From contig JALUTT010000027.1 in NCBI GenBank assembly GCA_027021705.1, forward strand, positions 1 through 63,459: a stretch of 63,459 nucleotides of DNA. The letters run 5' to 3'. Origin of the DNA: Anaerolineae bacterium (lineage in GTDB: Bacteria > Chloroflexota > Anaerolineae > S140-20). Every line of letters starts with the position of its first letter. Position 1 is the first letter of the stretch. Positions 29,635 to 38,629 of this stretch are shown here, piece by piece. The position numbers and the translations under genes are program-made. The notes below the pieces were generated by a model. That model worked only from the letters and a program-made list of their open reading frames with translations. It searched no databases and was not told where the DNA came from.

Positions 29635-29685
29635 AGCTGGCCTCCTGGAGCCCCCGGCCGGCCTCGCGCCGGGCGTGTCACAACG

Positions 29686-30162
29686 CTAGACCGGCACGAT
29701 CTGCACCGTGATCTCCCGCACTTGCCCTTCCACGATGCGGAAAGCACGGATGACCGGTCTCTCTCGCGCCACGTGGGAAACGATCAGGTAGATGGAATCG
29801 GGGTAGAAGGACTCGGCCACGTCGGTGGCCGAGGGGGTTTCAGGACCGTGAGGGTGCGAGTGGTAGATGCCTAGGGGGTCAGGCCCCCATCCCCGGGCCT
29901 CCATGTCCAACAGGGCTGCCAGTAGGTCTTCCTCGGCCACCCGATAGCGGACGGGGCTATTCAAGGCATTGCGGGTGGGGTAGACCCGCTCAACCCGACC
30001 GCCGCGCCCGCCCAGAAGCCCACAGGCTTCGTTGGGATACTCCGTCCGTGCCTGGGCAATGATCGCCTCCAGGTCGTCCCTTCTCAGGACGAGGACTTCG
30101 GGCTCAGGGGAAAGATCGGCTAATGTTGGATCAGTTGATGGAGAAGAAGAAACTCTCTTCAT
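29686..30162 (-). CDS. JAB/Mov34 (M67, Mec-like) metallopeptidase
   Basis: PNEACGLL, YHSHP...PSATD. Confidence 0.92.
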   Translation of the reverse strand: MKRVSSSPSTDPTLADLSPEPEVLVLRRDDLEAIIAQARTEYPNEACGLLGGRGGRVERVYPTRNALNSPVRYRVAEEDLLAALLDMEARGWGPDPLGIYHSHPHGPETPSATDVAESFYPDSIYLIVSHVARERPVIRAFRIVEGQVREITVQIVPV

Positions 30163-30802
30163 CCTCAGGGGGCGGGCCAGCGGCCACGAGGAATTGCAAC
30201 GCCTGGTTCTCTTCCTTCAATAGTTGCCGTTCGTACTCCAGCATCTGGCGGATGGTGGGTTGCTCCAGCAGACGCTGCTTCTCCCTGGGGTGCACCTGGA
30301 GTGTGATGGCGGTCAGCACAGCCAGAGTGGCCGGATGCAGAGGGATCTCGTCTAGGTAAAAGGCCTCGCCTGTGAGACGGGAGAGAAGGGTCAGGTACTG
30401 CTCCAAGGCCGACTGCACAGCCAGCAGCAAAGAGGGGGCCGGCGGGCTCAGATCTCCCCAAGGCCAGAGCATCAGATCGCCCACCAGGTAGGGTTCCTGG
30501 GTCTCGTCGTAACGGTGGAGGTGGAAACGATGCTCCCCCACAGCGGTGATATTCATCCGACCGCCGGACAAGGGCTCAACGTCGGTGATGCGGGCCAGGG
30601 TGCCCACGGTGTAAGGAATGGCCGAACCGCCGACCTCAACACCTTCCTGGATCAGGACCACGCCAAAGGGGATCTCTTCCGCCAGGCAGCGGTGAACCAT
30701 AAGCTGGTAGCGGGGCTCGAAGATGTGCAGCGGCAGCGTCTGGCCGGGGAAGAGCACCGTATGCAGGGGGAAGAGGGGTAACCGGTAGACTTCGTCCATC
30801 AT
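30131..30802 (-). CDS. LON peptidase substrate-binding (N-terminal) domain protein
   Basis: LPLFPLHTVLFPG..LPLHIFEPRY, FGVVLI, EKQRLLE. Confidence 0.92.
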   Translation of the reverse strand: MMDEVYRLPLFPLHTVLFPGQTLPLHIFEPRYQLMVHRCLAEEIPFGVVLIQEGVEVGGSAIPYTVGTLARITDVEPLSGGRMNITAVGEHRFHLHRYDETQEPYLVGDLMLWPWGDLSPPAPSLLLAVQSALEQYLTLLSRLTGEAFYLDEIPLHPATLAVLTAITLQVHPREKQRLLEQPTIRQMLEYERQLLKEENQALQFLVAAGPPPEDEESFFFSIN

Positions 30803-30942
30803 CTGTCCTCAATAGCCATCATATTCCATCCGGCTTGTCAGAGCTTTCGCAAGCTCCAAGAATTCTCTCCTTTTCAAATTCAAAAGCCATCTACGCAAAC
30901 TCCGGTTCCCGGAAATCCGTGCTGAGCCGGGGCTATGCCTCC

Positions 30943-31587
30943 TCAAACCGTTGAATCCTTAACGTTAAGGGCCGGGTCAGGAGATGATCTCGTATCGGGC
31001 CTCTCGGCGCCGAGCGCTTTCACCAGGAAGGTGACGGTTTCTTCGACGGTCGGGGAGAGGTGGAGAAGGGCCAGGTCCTCCGGTCGCACGTAGGAGGCGG
31101 CCCGGAAGGCTTCCAGGAACGCCGACCATCCTTCTCCCAACAACACCAGGGGTTTGGGGGGGATCTCACCTACTTGGAGCATCGCCCAGGCCATCGCGAC
31201 TTCGCTCAGCGTGCCAATGCTCCCTCGACAGGCGACGATGCCATCCCCCAGGGCCAGCATGTAGCGCATGCGTTCCTGAAGGGTAGCGAACCGGACTTCC
31301 TCGGCCACCCAGCGGTTGGGTGTCACCTCCGGCCGCCACGCCTCGATGGCCTGACAGGTGACACCGATCACGTGTCCGCCGGCCTCCGAAGCTCCCCGGC
31401 TGACCGCCTCCATCACGCCGATGTACCCTCCGCTGGCCACAGCAAAGCCGGCCCGTGCCAGGGCCTGACCCAGGTATCGGGCCTCCTCGTAGACCGGATC
31501 GCCCGCCATAGGGGCGCTGCCCCCAAAGACGACGATCACCGGTCGGCCATCCTGCTGCTCCCTTGTCTTACGGGGCCGTTGACTCAT
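30943..31587 (-). CDS. LOG/SLOG family nucleotide-binding protein
   Basis: VFGGS, SGGYIGVMEAVSRGA, GSIGTLSE. Confidence 0.88.
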   Translation of the reverse strand: MSQRPRKTREQQDGRPVIVVFGGSAPMAGDPVYEEARYLGQALARAGFAVASGGYIGVMEAVSRGASEAGGHVIGVTCQAIEAWRPEVTPNRWVAEEVRFATLQERMRYMLALGDGIVACRGSIGTLSEVAMAWAMLQVGEIPPKPLVLLGEGWSAFLEAFRAASYVRPEDLALLHLSPTVEETVTFLVKALGAERPDTRSSPDPALNVKDSTV

Positions 31588-32527
31588 CCGAGACTCCCCC
31601 GTCGGCTTCCCGTGCGGTCTCCTTGACCAGGTCCCCCACCAGGTGTTGAACTCGGTGCAAAGCCCGCCGAAGGGGCTTGGCCGTGTAGTGGGCAGCGAAG
31701 TGATCAGCCGCCTCTTTGGCGCTTACCTCCTGCCCAAACTGTTCCCGCAGGAAGTGCAAGTGGTCCATAATCCACAGGTAGAGATCCGCTTCCGTCCTGC
31801 CAGGGAAGGCGTCCAGGATCTTCTCCTGGCGGATGAGGGCCACGAGAGGCGCGTAGACGTGGTCATACCAATGGGCCACGGCCTCTTCATCAGAGATCTC
31901 CCGCTGCTGCTCCAGGCCCATAAAGTACTTGTGGACGGCGATGTGCTCCAGCAGGCGCCGGTAGCCTCCGGCGATGGTGAATTCGATCTGCTGCTCGGGG
32001 CGAATCTGGTCCAGCCGGGTGCGCTCCAGGAACTCGGCGTATTCCCCCTTGATCTCTAGGTCTTCGGCCCGCAGAGGCTTCGCCGAGAGGGGCACGCGGA
32101 CCTGGCACTCGGTCACCTCGGCGTCAATGAACTCAACCCCCATCTCCCGAGCCACGGAGACGCGGTGGTTTCCATCGTAGACGAAGTAGGCATCGCCGAT
32201 CTTGTAGAGCTTGACCGGGGGCAGCGCGACATCTTTGTAGAAAGCTCGGCTGATGCTCTTCCAGCGATCCGCCGTGTGATCCTGGGTTGGCAGAAAGACC
32301 CGGTCGAAATCCTGGTAGCGGTCCACACTGCCCACGATCTTCTCTACAGGCACCGTCTGGAGGCCCCGGTAGATGAGCCCACCCACACGGAGCTTTCGGC
32401 GAACCTCATCGAAGGCGAGCAAGGTGTTGGGCTGGCCCCGTAGTTGGGCCATGACCTTGCGCAGGAAAGCTTTGAAGCGGGCTCGGCTAAACGCTGCTTC
32501 CGCTTTCTGAGAGGCTTGCTCCTCCAA
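31568..32527 (-). CDS. ParB-like/DUF4032-type protein
   Basis: IVGSVDRY.DFDR.FLP, YFVYDGNHRVSVA, HKYFM, WYDHVY.P, RTEADLYLW. Confidence 0.75.
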   Translation of the reverse strand: MEEQASQKAEAAFSRARFKAFLRKVMAQLRGQPNTLLAFDEVRRKLRVGGLIYRGLQTVPVEKIVGSVDRYQDFDRVFLPTQDHTADRWKSISRAFYKDVALPPVKLYKIGDAYFVYDGNHRVSVAREMGVEFIDAEVTECQVRVPLSAKPLRAEDLEIKGEYAEFLERTRLDQIRPEQQIEFTIAGGYRRLLEHIAVHKYFMGLEQQREISDEEAVAHWYDHVYAPLVALIRQEKILDAFPGRTEADLYLWIMDHLHFLREQFGQEVSAKEAADHFAAHYTAKPLRRALHRVQHLVGDLVKETAREADGGVSDESTAP

Positions 32528-32531
32528 ATCG

Positions 32532-33230
32532 TCACTCCTCCTTCGCGGATGGAGGTCCTTGGCGCACCGCCAGGCGACCGGCCGGAGGCCCTTTCGTCCT
32601 GCCCGTCTGGACCTCGATCAACCGGTAAGGATAGACGTTGAGCACCCAGGTCCGATGGTATCGGCTCTTGGTTACCTCCCTTCCGTAAACGTGGCGATGG
32701 CCGTGCAGGAGATAGCGTGGGCGAAACCGTGCCATCAGCCAGAGGAAGGCCTCGAAGCCCGTGTGGGCGTAATCGGGGCCATCGTGGATGCCGTAGGGAG
32801 GGGAATGGGTGATCAGGATGTCCAAGTAGCGCCCGTGGACAAGGCGGTTGATCAAAAGGCGGGAGGCCAGCCGAAGTGCCTTGCGGTGCATCTCCGCCTG
32901 GGTGTACTGGTGAAGCCCCCGGGGGCGGTAGCGGATGCTCCCCTCCAGACCGGCCAGCAACAGCCCTTTGACCCGGACACTCCGCTCATCCAGATTAACC
33001 CAGCCCGGCGGGTGGATGGCAACAGGCCCTTGCTCGGTGTAGCGCAGGTTGTGGTCGTGATTCCCATAGACATAGAAGGCGGGTGCGTCTAGCATCGAGA
33101 CCAGGAACTCCAGGTAGTAGAAGGGCAGGTCCCCACAAGCCAGCAACAGGTCCACAAGGCCCACGTTGTCACGGATGGCAGGGGTGTAGAGGGTTTCCAC
33201 AACCTTGTCGCTGACCGCCAGAATTCGCAC
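32532..33230 (-). CDS. metallophosphoesterase
   Basis: LAVSD, CGDL, GNHD, THSPP, HGHRH; GTG start. Confidence 0.9.
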   Translation of the reverse strand: MRILAVSDKVVETLYTPAIRDNVGLVDLLLACGDLPFYYLEFLVSMLDAPAFYVYGNHDHNLRYTEQGPVAIHPPGWVNLDERSVRVKGLLLAGLEGSIRYRPRGLHQYTQAEMHRKALRLASRLLINRLVHGRYLDILITHSPPYGIHDGPDYAHTGFEAFLWLMARFRPRYLLHGHRHVYGREVTKSRYHRTWVLNVYPYRLIEVQTGRTKGPPAGRLAVRQGPPSAKEE

Positions 33231-33234
33231 CGAT

Positions 33235-33537
33235 CTACCTTTCCGGCCACTGGCGCGCTTCATTCAGGGCCAGCTTGCGTAGTATCGCCTCTTCCAGGTC
33301 AATACCCATCAGGCTGGCCAGTTGGAAGAGGTAGAGGGCCACGTCGGCCAGCTCATCGGCCAGCGCGTCGGGGTCGGCTTCTTCCCGCCACTGAAACTGT
33401 TCCAGCACTTCCGCCGCTTCGATGGCCAGGGAGCAGGCGATGTTCTTGGGGGTCTGCGGGCGAGGCGAGTCAGGAGCGTACCAGCCTTTGCCGGCCACGA
33501 AACGGTGCATTGCCTCGGTCAGTTCGTTCAGGTCCAT
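33235..33537 (-). CDS. MazG-like nucleotide pyrophosphohydrolase
   Basis: PKNIACSLAIEAAEVLEQFQW, ELADV. Confidence 0.9.
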   Translation of the reverse strand: MDLNELTEAMHRFVAGKGWYAPDSPRPQTPKNIACSLAIEAAEVLEQFQWREEADPDALADELADVALYLFQLASLMGIDLEEAILRKLALNEARQWPER

Positions 33538-33620
33538 ACTCCGACAGGGGCATCATCAACGCGGCTTGGGCGATAACTGCCCTGAGCGCCGGTGGGGATC
33601 ATCCAGGCGTGTCTGAGCCG

Positions 33621-33649
33621 ATTATACCTGCCAAGGTGGGGGCTGTCAA
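33621..33649 (-). promoter_or_regulatory. perfect sigma70 consensus promoter TTGACA-17-TATAAT driving the MazG-like gene cluster
   Basis: Plus strand attata 33621-33626 and tgtcaa 33644-33649. Confidence 0.8.
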
Positions 33650-33660
33650 GCCACGACGCG

Positions 33661-33815
33661 CGGTGATTACCCACAAGGGAGCGAGAGAGTGGTCCGTAGC
33701 AGGCCGTCCACGAATTTCTCACCAGTGCACGAATGAGGCGGTCCTTCATTCGTGTATTCGTGCCCCATTCGTGGACGGCTCGTCTCCCTATCGCCAAAGA
33801 TATGGGTAATCACCG
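33661..33815. mobile_element. MITE-like element family A, copy 2 (155 bp)
   Basis: 13-bp TIR cggtgattaccca/tgggtaatcaccg; flanks acgacgcg/acgacgcc; few mismatches versus 40141-40295. Confidence 0.88.
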
Positions 33816-33839
33816 ACGACGCCCCTTCCGTAAAACAAG

Positions 33840-33867
33840 CGCCGTGGCGGGAGGCCCCACCACGGCG
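33840..33867 (-). terminator. hairpin downstream of selC
   Basis: cgccgtgg...ccacggcg stem followed on the minus strand by cttgttt. Confidence 0.5.
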
Positions 33868-33875
33868 TCCTGAGG

Positions 33876-33971
33876 CGGGAGTGGATGGGAGTCGAACCCA
33901 CCGTGGCTCGCTCGGTGCGACCCACCAGCGGTTTTGAAGACCGTGGAGCCCACCGGGACTCAACCACTCCC
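33876..33971 (-). tRNA. selC: tRNA-Sec (anticodon UCA)
   Basis: 8-bp acceptor GGGAGTGG/CCACTCCC, 6-bp D-stem with 4-nt loop, CT-TCA-AA loop, long variable arm, 5-bp T-stem with TTCGACT, G discriminator; CCA not encoded. Confidence 0.93.
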
Positions 33972-33982
33972 GCGCTGCTATG

Positions 33983-34011
33983 AGGATACCTCGATTTGCC
34001 CGGTTCGTCAA
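33983..34011 (-). promoter_or_regulatory. selC promoter TTGACG-17-TATCCT
   Basis: Directly upstream of the tRNA 5' end; -35 overlaps the stop codon of the upstream gene. Confidence 0.65.
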
Positions 34012-34934
34012 GGAGTTGCGTCTTGCGTCAGCGTCTCCCAGGTCATCGCTCGCGGGGCTACTCGTTCGCCGTCGGGAGAGAGCACGCCTATACCCTCCTC
34101 CTCCGCCGCTTGATCCACGACGGCGTAGATCCGCAACCCAAAGAGGTAAAAGAGCAACGGCGGGGTCACGCCCGCTTGCTCCAGCCGTCGGAGGAAGCCT
34201 TTTGATCGCAGCCGCTGCGCCCAACGGCGTAATTCCTTGAGGCGGACGCGCTTTTTGGCCTCCAGCACCACCCACGCCCGCACACCTTCAGGCGTTTCCA
34301 CAGGCACAACCAGGTCCACCTCGCCGTTGATGTCCAGGCTGTAGGGGGCCGCCAGCAGCCGGTAGCCTTTCCGTTCCAGCACGTAGGTGAGGATTTCCTC
34401 GGCGTCCCCCTCGGCATCCAGACCCAGGATGTTGCTGATGGTGCTGAACTGCTTATCTAGGTCGTCCAGCCGCTCCTCAGTGCGCCGTTGGGCCTCGGCC
34501 AGGCGGGCCAGCGCTTCTTCCGTGCGCCGCTGTGCCTCGGCCAACTGGTTCAGCCGCTCCTCCGTCCGCCGCTGCGCTTCGGCCAGCGCTTGCACCGTCG
34601 CCTCCAGCCGGCTCAGCCGGTCCTCAACTTTGCCCAGCCGGTCCTCCACCTTGCTCAGCCGCTCTTCCGCCCGCCGTTGGGCTTCGGCCAGCGCCTGCAC
34701 CGTCGCCTCCAGCCGGCTCAGCCGCTCTTCCGCCCGCCGTTGGGCTTCGGTAAGCGCCTGGATAGCGGTCCATACCTGTCGGAACTGTTCCTCAAAGGTA
34801 TGCCGCAGGCGACCGATCTCACCCTCTGCAATTTCGCGCCAGAGGGCGTCCCGCTGCTCCTGGAAGACCTGGAGCGCGACTTCCCGCATCTGCTGAAGCG
34901 GATCACGGGTCTCTGTCTTGGGAAGAGGGGTCAT
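34008..34934 (-). CDS. coiled-coil repeat protein (AEAQRRTEERL) with C-terminal PD-(D/E)XK-like domain
   Basis: Repeated AEAQRR(A/T)EERL; GEVDLV...VLEAK. Confidence 0.75.
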   Translation of the reverse strand: MTPLPKTETRDPLQQMREVALQVFQEQRDALWREIAEGEIGRLRHTFEEQFRQVWTAIQALTEAQRRAEERLSRLEATVQALAEAQRRAEERLSKVEDRLGKVEDRLSRLEATVQALAEAQRRTEERLNQLAEAQRRTEEALARLAEAQRRTEERLDDLDKQFSTISNILGLDAEGDAEEILTYVLERKGYRLLAAPYSLDINGEVDLVVPVETPEGVRAWVVLEAKKRVRLKELRRWAQRLRSKGFLRRLEQAGVTPPLLFYLFGLRIYAVVDQAAEEEGIGVLSPDGERVAPRAMTWETLTQDATP

Positions 34935-34949
34935 CGGACTTCTCCAACA

Positions 34950-35066
34950 TGTTCACCCTCCCGCAGGTTAGGCATGTTTCCGACGCGAAACCGTGCTTCA
35001 AATAGCCCATCGGGGCTGAAAGCGCCCTCGACCGGTGACCTGCGGGAGGGTAGGCTGAATAGATAC
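34950..35066. mobile_element. MITE-like element family B, inverted copy of 26979-27093
   Basis: tgttcaccctcccgcaggt...acctgcgggagggtaggctgaatagatac. Confidence 0.82.
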
Positions 35067-35174
35067 TCTCCAGCCAAGGTAGGTAGGCCCTGAGTTACGA
35101 GAGCCCAAAATCGGCCATCGAACTGGCCGAATTATACACGATTTCCCCAGAAGGACAACTCCGACAAGCCCCTT

Positions 35175-35768
35175 TCAGGCCTCGGTGACGAGGATCTCTT
35201 TCTCGCTGAACTCCTCGACCTGGTAGGTGTAAACCTGGATCCCCGGTTTCTGCCAGGCATCGGGAGGGAGGCCCGCCTTTGTACAGAGGTGAGCGAGGAA
35301 GGTAGGCGGATCGGGAAGCTTCTCCCAGACCTGAGGCAGAAAGGTCGCCCGGGTGAAGCCCTTCTGCAGGATCACCCCATCCACACCGGGACGCAGCTTG
35401 CGCACCAACTCCTCCGGAGAGGAGAACTCCAAGGGCTGCGGCGGGGTGAGCACGGAGATCTCGATCTCTACCTGGTCCAACTCCTCAGGGGTCAAAGGGT
35501 AAAAGCGGGGGTCATGAAAGGCTGCACGTACCGCGTTCTCGGCCACATCCACAGCCAGGGGGAGGTAGGCCTCGACGGTGCCGATGCAACCCCGCAGTTG
35601 GCCCTGGATGGTTAGCGTGACGAAGGAGGCGCCTTCCTCTCGCAAGGGCTCTGAAAGCCGGTCCAGGTCCACAGGAGGGGACGGCTGGTTGTACACCGCC
35701 CTGGTGATCGCTTCCCTGGCCAACTTCAGAAGAAACCGCTTGTCCTCCAAGGACAGTCGCTCGTCCAT
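35175..35768 (-). CDS. AmmeMemoRadiSam system protein A (AMMECR1 domain)
   Basis: ASFVTL...LRGCIG, DPRF, EISVL, ATFLPQVW. Confidence 0.92.
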   Translation of the reverse strand: MDERLSLEDKRFLLKLAREAITRAVYNQPSPPVDLDRLSEPLREEGASFVTLTIQGQLRGCIGTVEAYLPLAVDVAENAVRAAFHDPRFYPLTPEELDQVEIEISVLTPPQPLEFSSPEELVRKLRPGVDGVILQKGFTRATFLPQVWEKLPDPPTFLAHLCTKAGLPPDAWQKPGIQVYTYQVEEFSEKEILVTEA

Positions 35769-35786
35769 CGCTACCCCCTCCTTGAC

Positions 35787-37760
35787 TCATCCTCCGTCCT
35801 GACGGGCTCCCGTGGGGAGGCCCTGGAGGTCTTCGTACCCCTCATTGTGGGCCTCGCTGGTCAGCGCTTCGCGCTCCATCGCCGCGATGTTGCGAGCAAC
35901 CTCTTCGATAGCTACCCGTTGCTTGCGGTAGAGGTCCGATTCGCTCATCGCCAGCCGGCGGGCCACATCCCGCACCCGGCGACCCTGGAGGAACTTCATC
36001 TCTAGGATGTTGTAGAGGAGCCATTCGGCCCGCGTCATCTCCCGCTCTCCTTCGGGGCGCAACCGTTCAATGGCCTGCAGGAGAACGGCCCGGAGCGCCT
36101 TCACCGGATCGCCATCGTGGTCGGGCAACGCGCCCTGGACCACCCGAAGCTGCAAGAGTGGACTCCGGCTCAACTTCGGGCCTCCCCAGTAGTGACTCAG
36201 TGCATCCTTGACCCAGCGGGGAAAGTCGGGGGAAGTGGTCAAGTCCTCTTCAGGCTCTGCTACTGCCGGCACACCTGCATACCGAACCCGTCCCCGCTGG
36301 CGTTGAATCGCCTCAATCTCAGGGATCAACTGGTCCAAGGCAGCGAAGACGGCATGCTGGAGGTGCCAGTCCTCCAGCGCAACCTCGGCCTGAGCGATGA
36401 GGGTCTCCAGATCGGCCTGCTCCTCGGGGGTGAAGTCGGGACGGGGAGCCCGGGCCGAGAGCCCCAGCACACCGGTGACCACATCTCCCGCTTTGCTGCG
36501 CAATGGGCGCAGCCAGAAGCCGTCCCACAGGAAGAAGTCTCCCATCGGGATGAGGTGGTGGGTCCCGTTGTCCCGACCGGTCTCCAGGGTGACCAGCGCA
36601 TCCCATTCCTCATCGGTCCAGCGCACGTGCTCCGGCTCCAGCGGCCCGCAGACGACCTCCAGGCGTGGACCGTCTCGGGTGAGGACGGCGATGAAGCCGG
36701 TGGGTGTCCGCAGCAAGTCGCACAGCCCTGTCAGCACGTTCTCCAGGAACTGCCGGAGATCGGTGCTGGTCAGCAGCCGTTCGTCGAGGGCTTGCAGTCG
36801 GGCGACCTCCTCCCGATCTTCCCGGTAGACCAGCCGATCTATGAGGGGCATCAGGCGGCTGATGAGGACCTGGAGGGTCAGGATGACGGTGGCAACGGCG
36901 AAGAGGGTGAAGAGGTCGCCAGGAATTCCAATGACCTCTTCCATCTGTCGCCCAATGACGATGACGGTCAGCACCGCCGAGGCGACCATAGGTCCTCGGA
37001 GCAGGTAGAGGATCATCCGCCGCTTGACTACCCGGTCGGGGGTAAGGACGCCGAAGTAGGCGACGCTGTAGGCCAGGAGAATGAGCATCAGGAGGACAGC
37101 CACGTTGCCGGCCACCAACAGGAACCAGAAGGTGATCTGGGGCAGGAAGCCGGGCCAACTGGCGATGAGCAGATAGGGGAAGATGCCGACACCGGGCGCG
37201 ACGAAGGAGAGCGCCATGTAGGTCATCCGCCGCCGGGACGTGGAGGTCAGACAGCGCTGGCGAGCCCGGTTGATGTTGACCGCCCCCCAGACCACGGTGA
37301 AGAAGTAGTAGAGGGCAAAGACCCCAAAGAGGGGGCCTGCCTTCAAGTGGGGAGCGCCCGGTGTCGCCACGCCGTCGCGGACGATCAGATCGGTCGTGGC
37401 AACGCCGATTAACCACAACAGCCCCAACAGATACCCCCCCGCCACAGCCCACCGTCGCCAGCGGGAGGCCGCGTTGGTCGTCTGCAACAGGGCATCGGAG
37501 AAGTGAAGGTAGGCAGCCGGCGCAAAGGCGATGCCTACCCACTGCAGACGCAACCAGGGCAAGATGGCCTCCAACGAGGTCAGCGGGAAGACGATCAGGT
37601 CCACCAGGTAGACGAAGGTGACGCAGAGCAACAGCGTGATGAAGGAACGGGCCACCATGTTGCGCCGGTTGTAGGTCAGAATGTAAAGGATGAGCGCAAC
37701 GGTAACGATGACGATGACCGAGGTCAAAAGCCGGTTGGCTTGGGCGAAGAGCAATTCCAT
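35787..37760 (-). CDS. membrane sensor: N-terminal multi-TM (HisKA_7TM-like) region, GAF-like region, C-terminal HTH; no kinase domain
   Basis: About 8-9 TM segments; C-terminal VRDVARRLAMSESDLYRKQRVA. Confidence 0.75.
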   Translation of the reverse strand: MELLFAQANRLLTSVIVIVTVALILYILTYNRRNMVARSFITLLLCVTFVYLVDLIVFPLTSLEAILPWLRLQWVGIAFAPAAYLHFSDALLQTTNAASRWRRWAVAGGYLLGLLWLIGVATTDLIVRDGVATPGAPHLKAGPLFGVFALYYFFTVVWGAVNINRARQRCLTSTSRRRMTYMALSFVAPGVGIFPYLLIASWPGFLPQITFWFLLVAGNVAVLLMLILLAYSVAYFGVLTPDRVVKRRMILYLLRGPMVASAVLTVIVIGRQMEEVIGIPGDLFTLFAVATVILTLQVLISRLMPLIDRLVYREDREEVARLQALDERLLTSTDLRQFLENVLTGLCDLLRTPTGFIAVLTRDGPRLEVVCGPLEPEHVRWTDEEWDALVTLETGRDNGTHHLIPMGDFFLWDGFWLRPLRSKAGDVVTGVLGLSARAPRPDFTPEEQADLETLIAQAEVALEDWHLQHAVFAALDQLIPEIEAIQRQRGRVRYAGVPAVAEPEEDLTTSPDFPRWVKDALSHYWGGPKLSRSPLLQLRVVQGALPDHDGDPVKALRAVLLQAIERLRPEGEREMTRAEWLLYNILEMKFLQGRRVRDVARRLAMSESDLYRKQRVAIEEVARNIAAMEREALTSEAHNEGYEDLQGLPTGARQDGG

Positions 37761-37896
37761 AGCGAGAAACCACGGGTTGCACGGATCTCTACAGATGGCT
37801 TGCCACGGACCGTGAGCCTCCCCCTGCGCTCCGGCAAGGGCTGGATAGGAAAACGCTTTGGACCCCTTCTAGAGGGAGGAGCGCCTGGAAAGCCCT

Positions 37897-38472
37897 TTAG
37901 CGCAGGCTGAGCTCGAAGAAAAGCGCGATGTCCCGATCGGCGTAGTAACGATCGTGGAAGCCACAGAAGACAAACCCCCGGTGTTGAGCGAAAGAGATGG
38001 CCGGATGGTTCCGAGGCTGAACCTCCAGGATCAGCCGGCCCAACCCTTCCTGCTGAGCCCACCCCACAGCGGCCTGGAGCAGCGCCGTGCCCACACCCTG
38101 CCGACGGTGCTCCGGCGCAACCACCAGGTCCCCGATCCAGGCCGCATCGTGCCAGGGCTGGGCGCTCAGCGTAACGTAGCCCAGAATGGGAGGTGGTTCC
38201 TCCAGGTCAGCCCTCTCCTCTTCGGCAACGAGGAAGCCATCTCGGTGGTACCAGTCGGCCCGACGGGCTTCCAGGCTGCGCGGGTAGGGGACATGCATCG
38301 GACGCGGCAGTTGGACCGATCGAAACGTAAAGGTCATCGCACTCTCCCCCTCCCCCACGAGGGGAAAGGTCAGGGGACGGGCTTCCATCTGCCAGACCCG
38401 ATCGGTGACGTAAGAGGGATCAATGGCTAGACAGGTTTCGAGGTCTTCCCAACGGGCCGGGCGAATGTGCAT
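37897..38472 (-). CDS. GNAT N-acetyltransferase
   Basis: LVVAPEHRRQGVGTALL, N.PAISF...GF. Confidence 0.88.
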   Translation of the reverse strand: MHIRPARWEDLETCLAIDPSYVTDRVWQMEARPLTFPLVGEGESAMTFTFRSVQLPRPMHVPYPRSLEARRADWYHRDGFLVAEEERADLEEPPPILGYVTLSAQPWHDAAWIGDLVVAPEHRRQGVGTALLQAAVGWAQQEGLGRLILEVQPRNHPAISFAQHRGFVFCGFHDRYYADRDIALFFELSLR

Positions 38473-38629
38473 TGGGTCGTCTAGTCGGGTGGTCGGGTGG
38501 TCACATCGTCGCGTAGTCGCCGTTGAATTCATTCTACCACCAGGGAGAGGAATTCGCAAGCTCCTTGACTGACTCGCCAACCTGGGGCATAATCCCCCGC
38601 ACGAACCTCCGTTATCCCACGAGCCACCT

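Noticed and set aside
33816..34934. Integrative element at selC or tRNA-Glu
   Set aside because: No integrase and no duplicated tRNA 3' end seen in the window.
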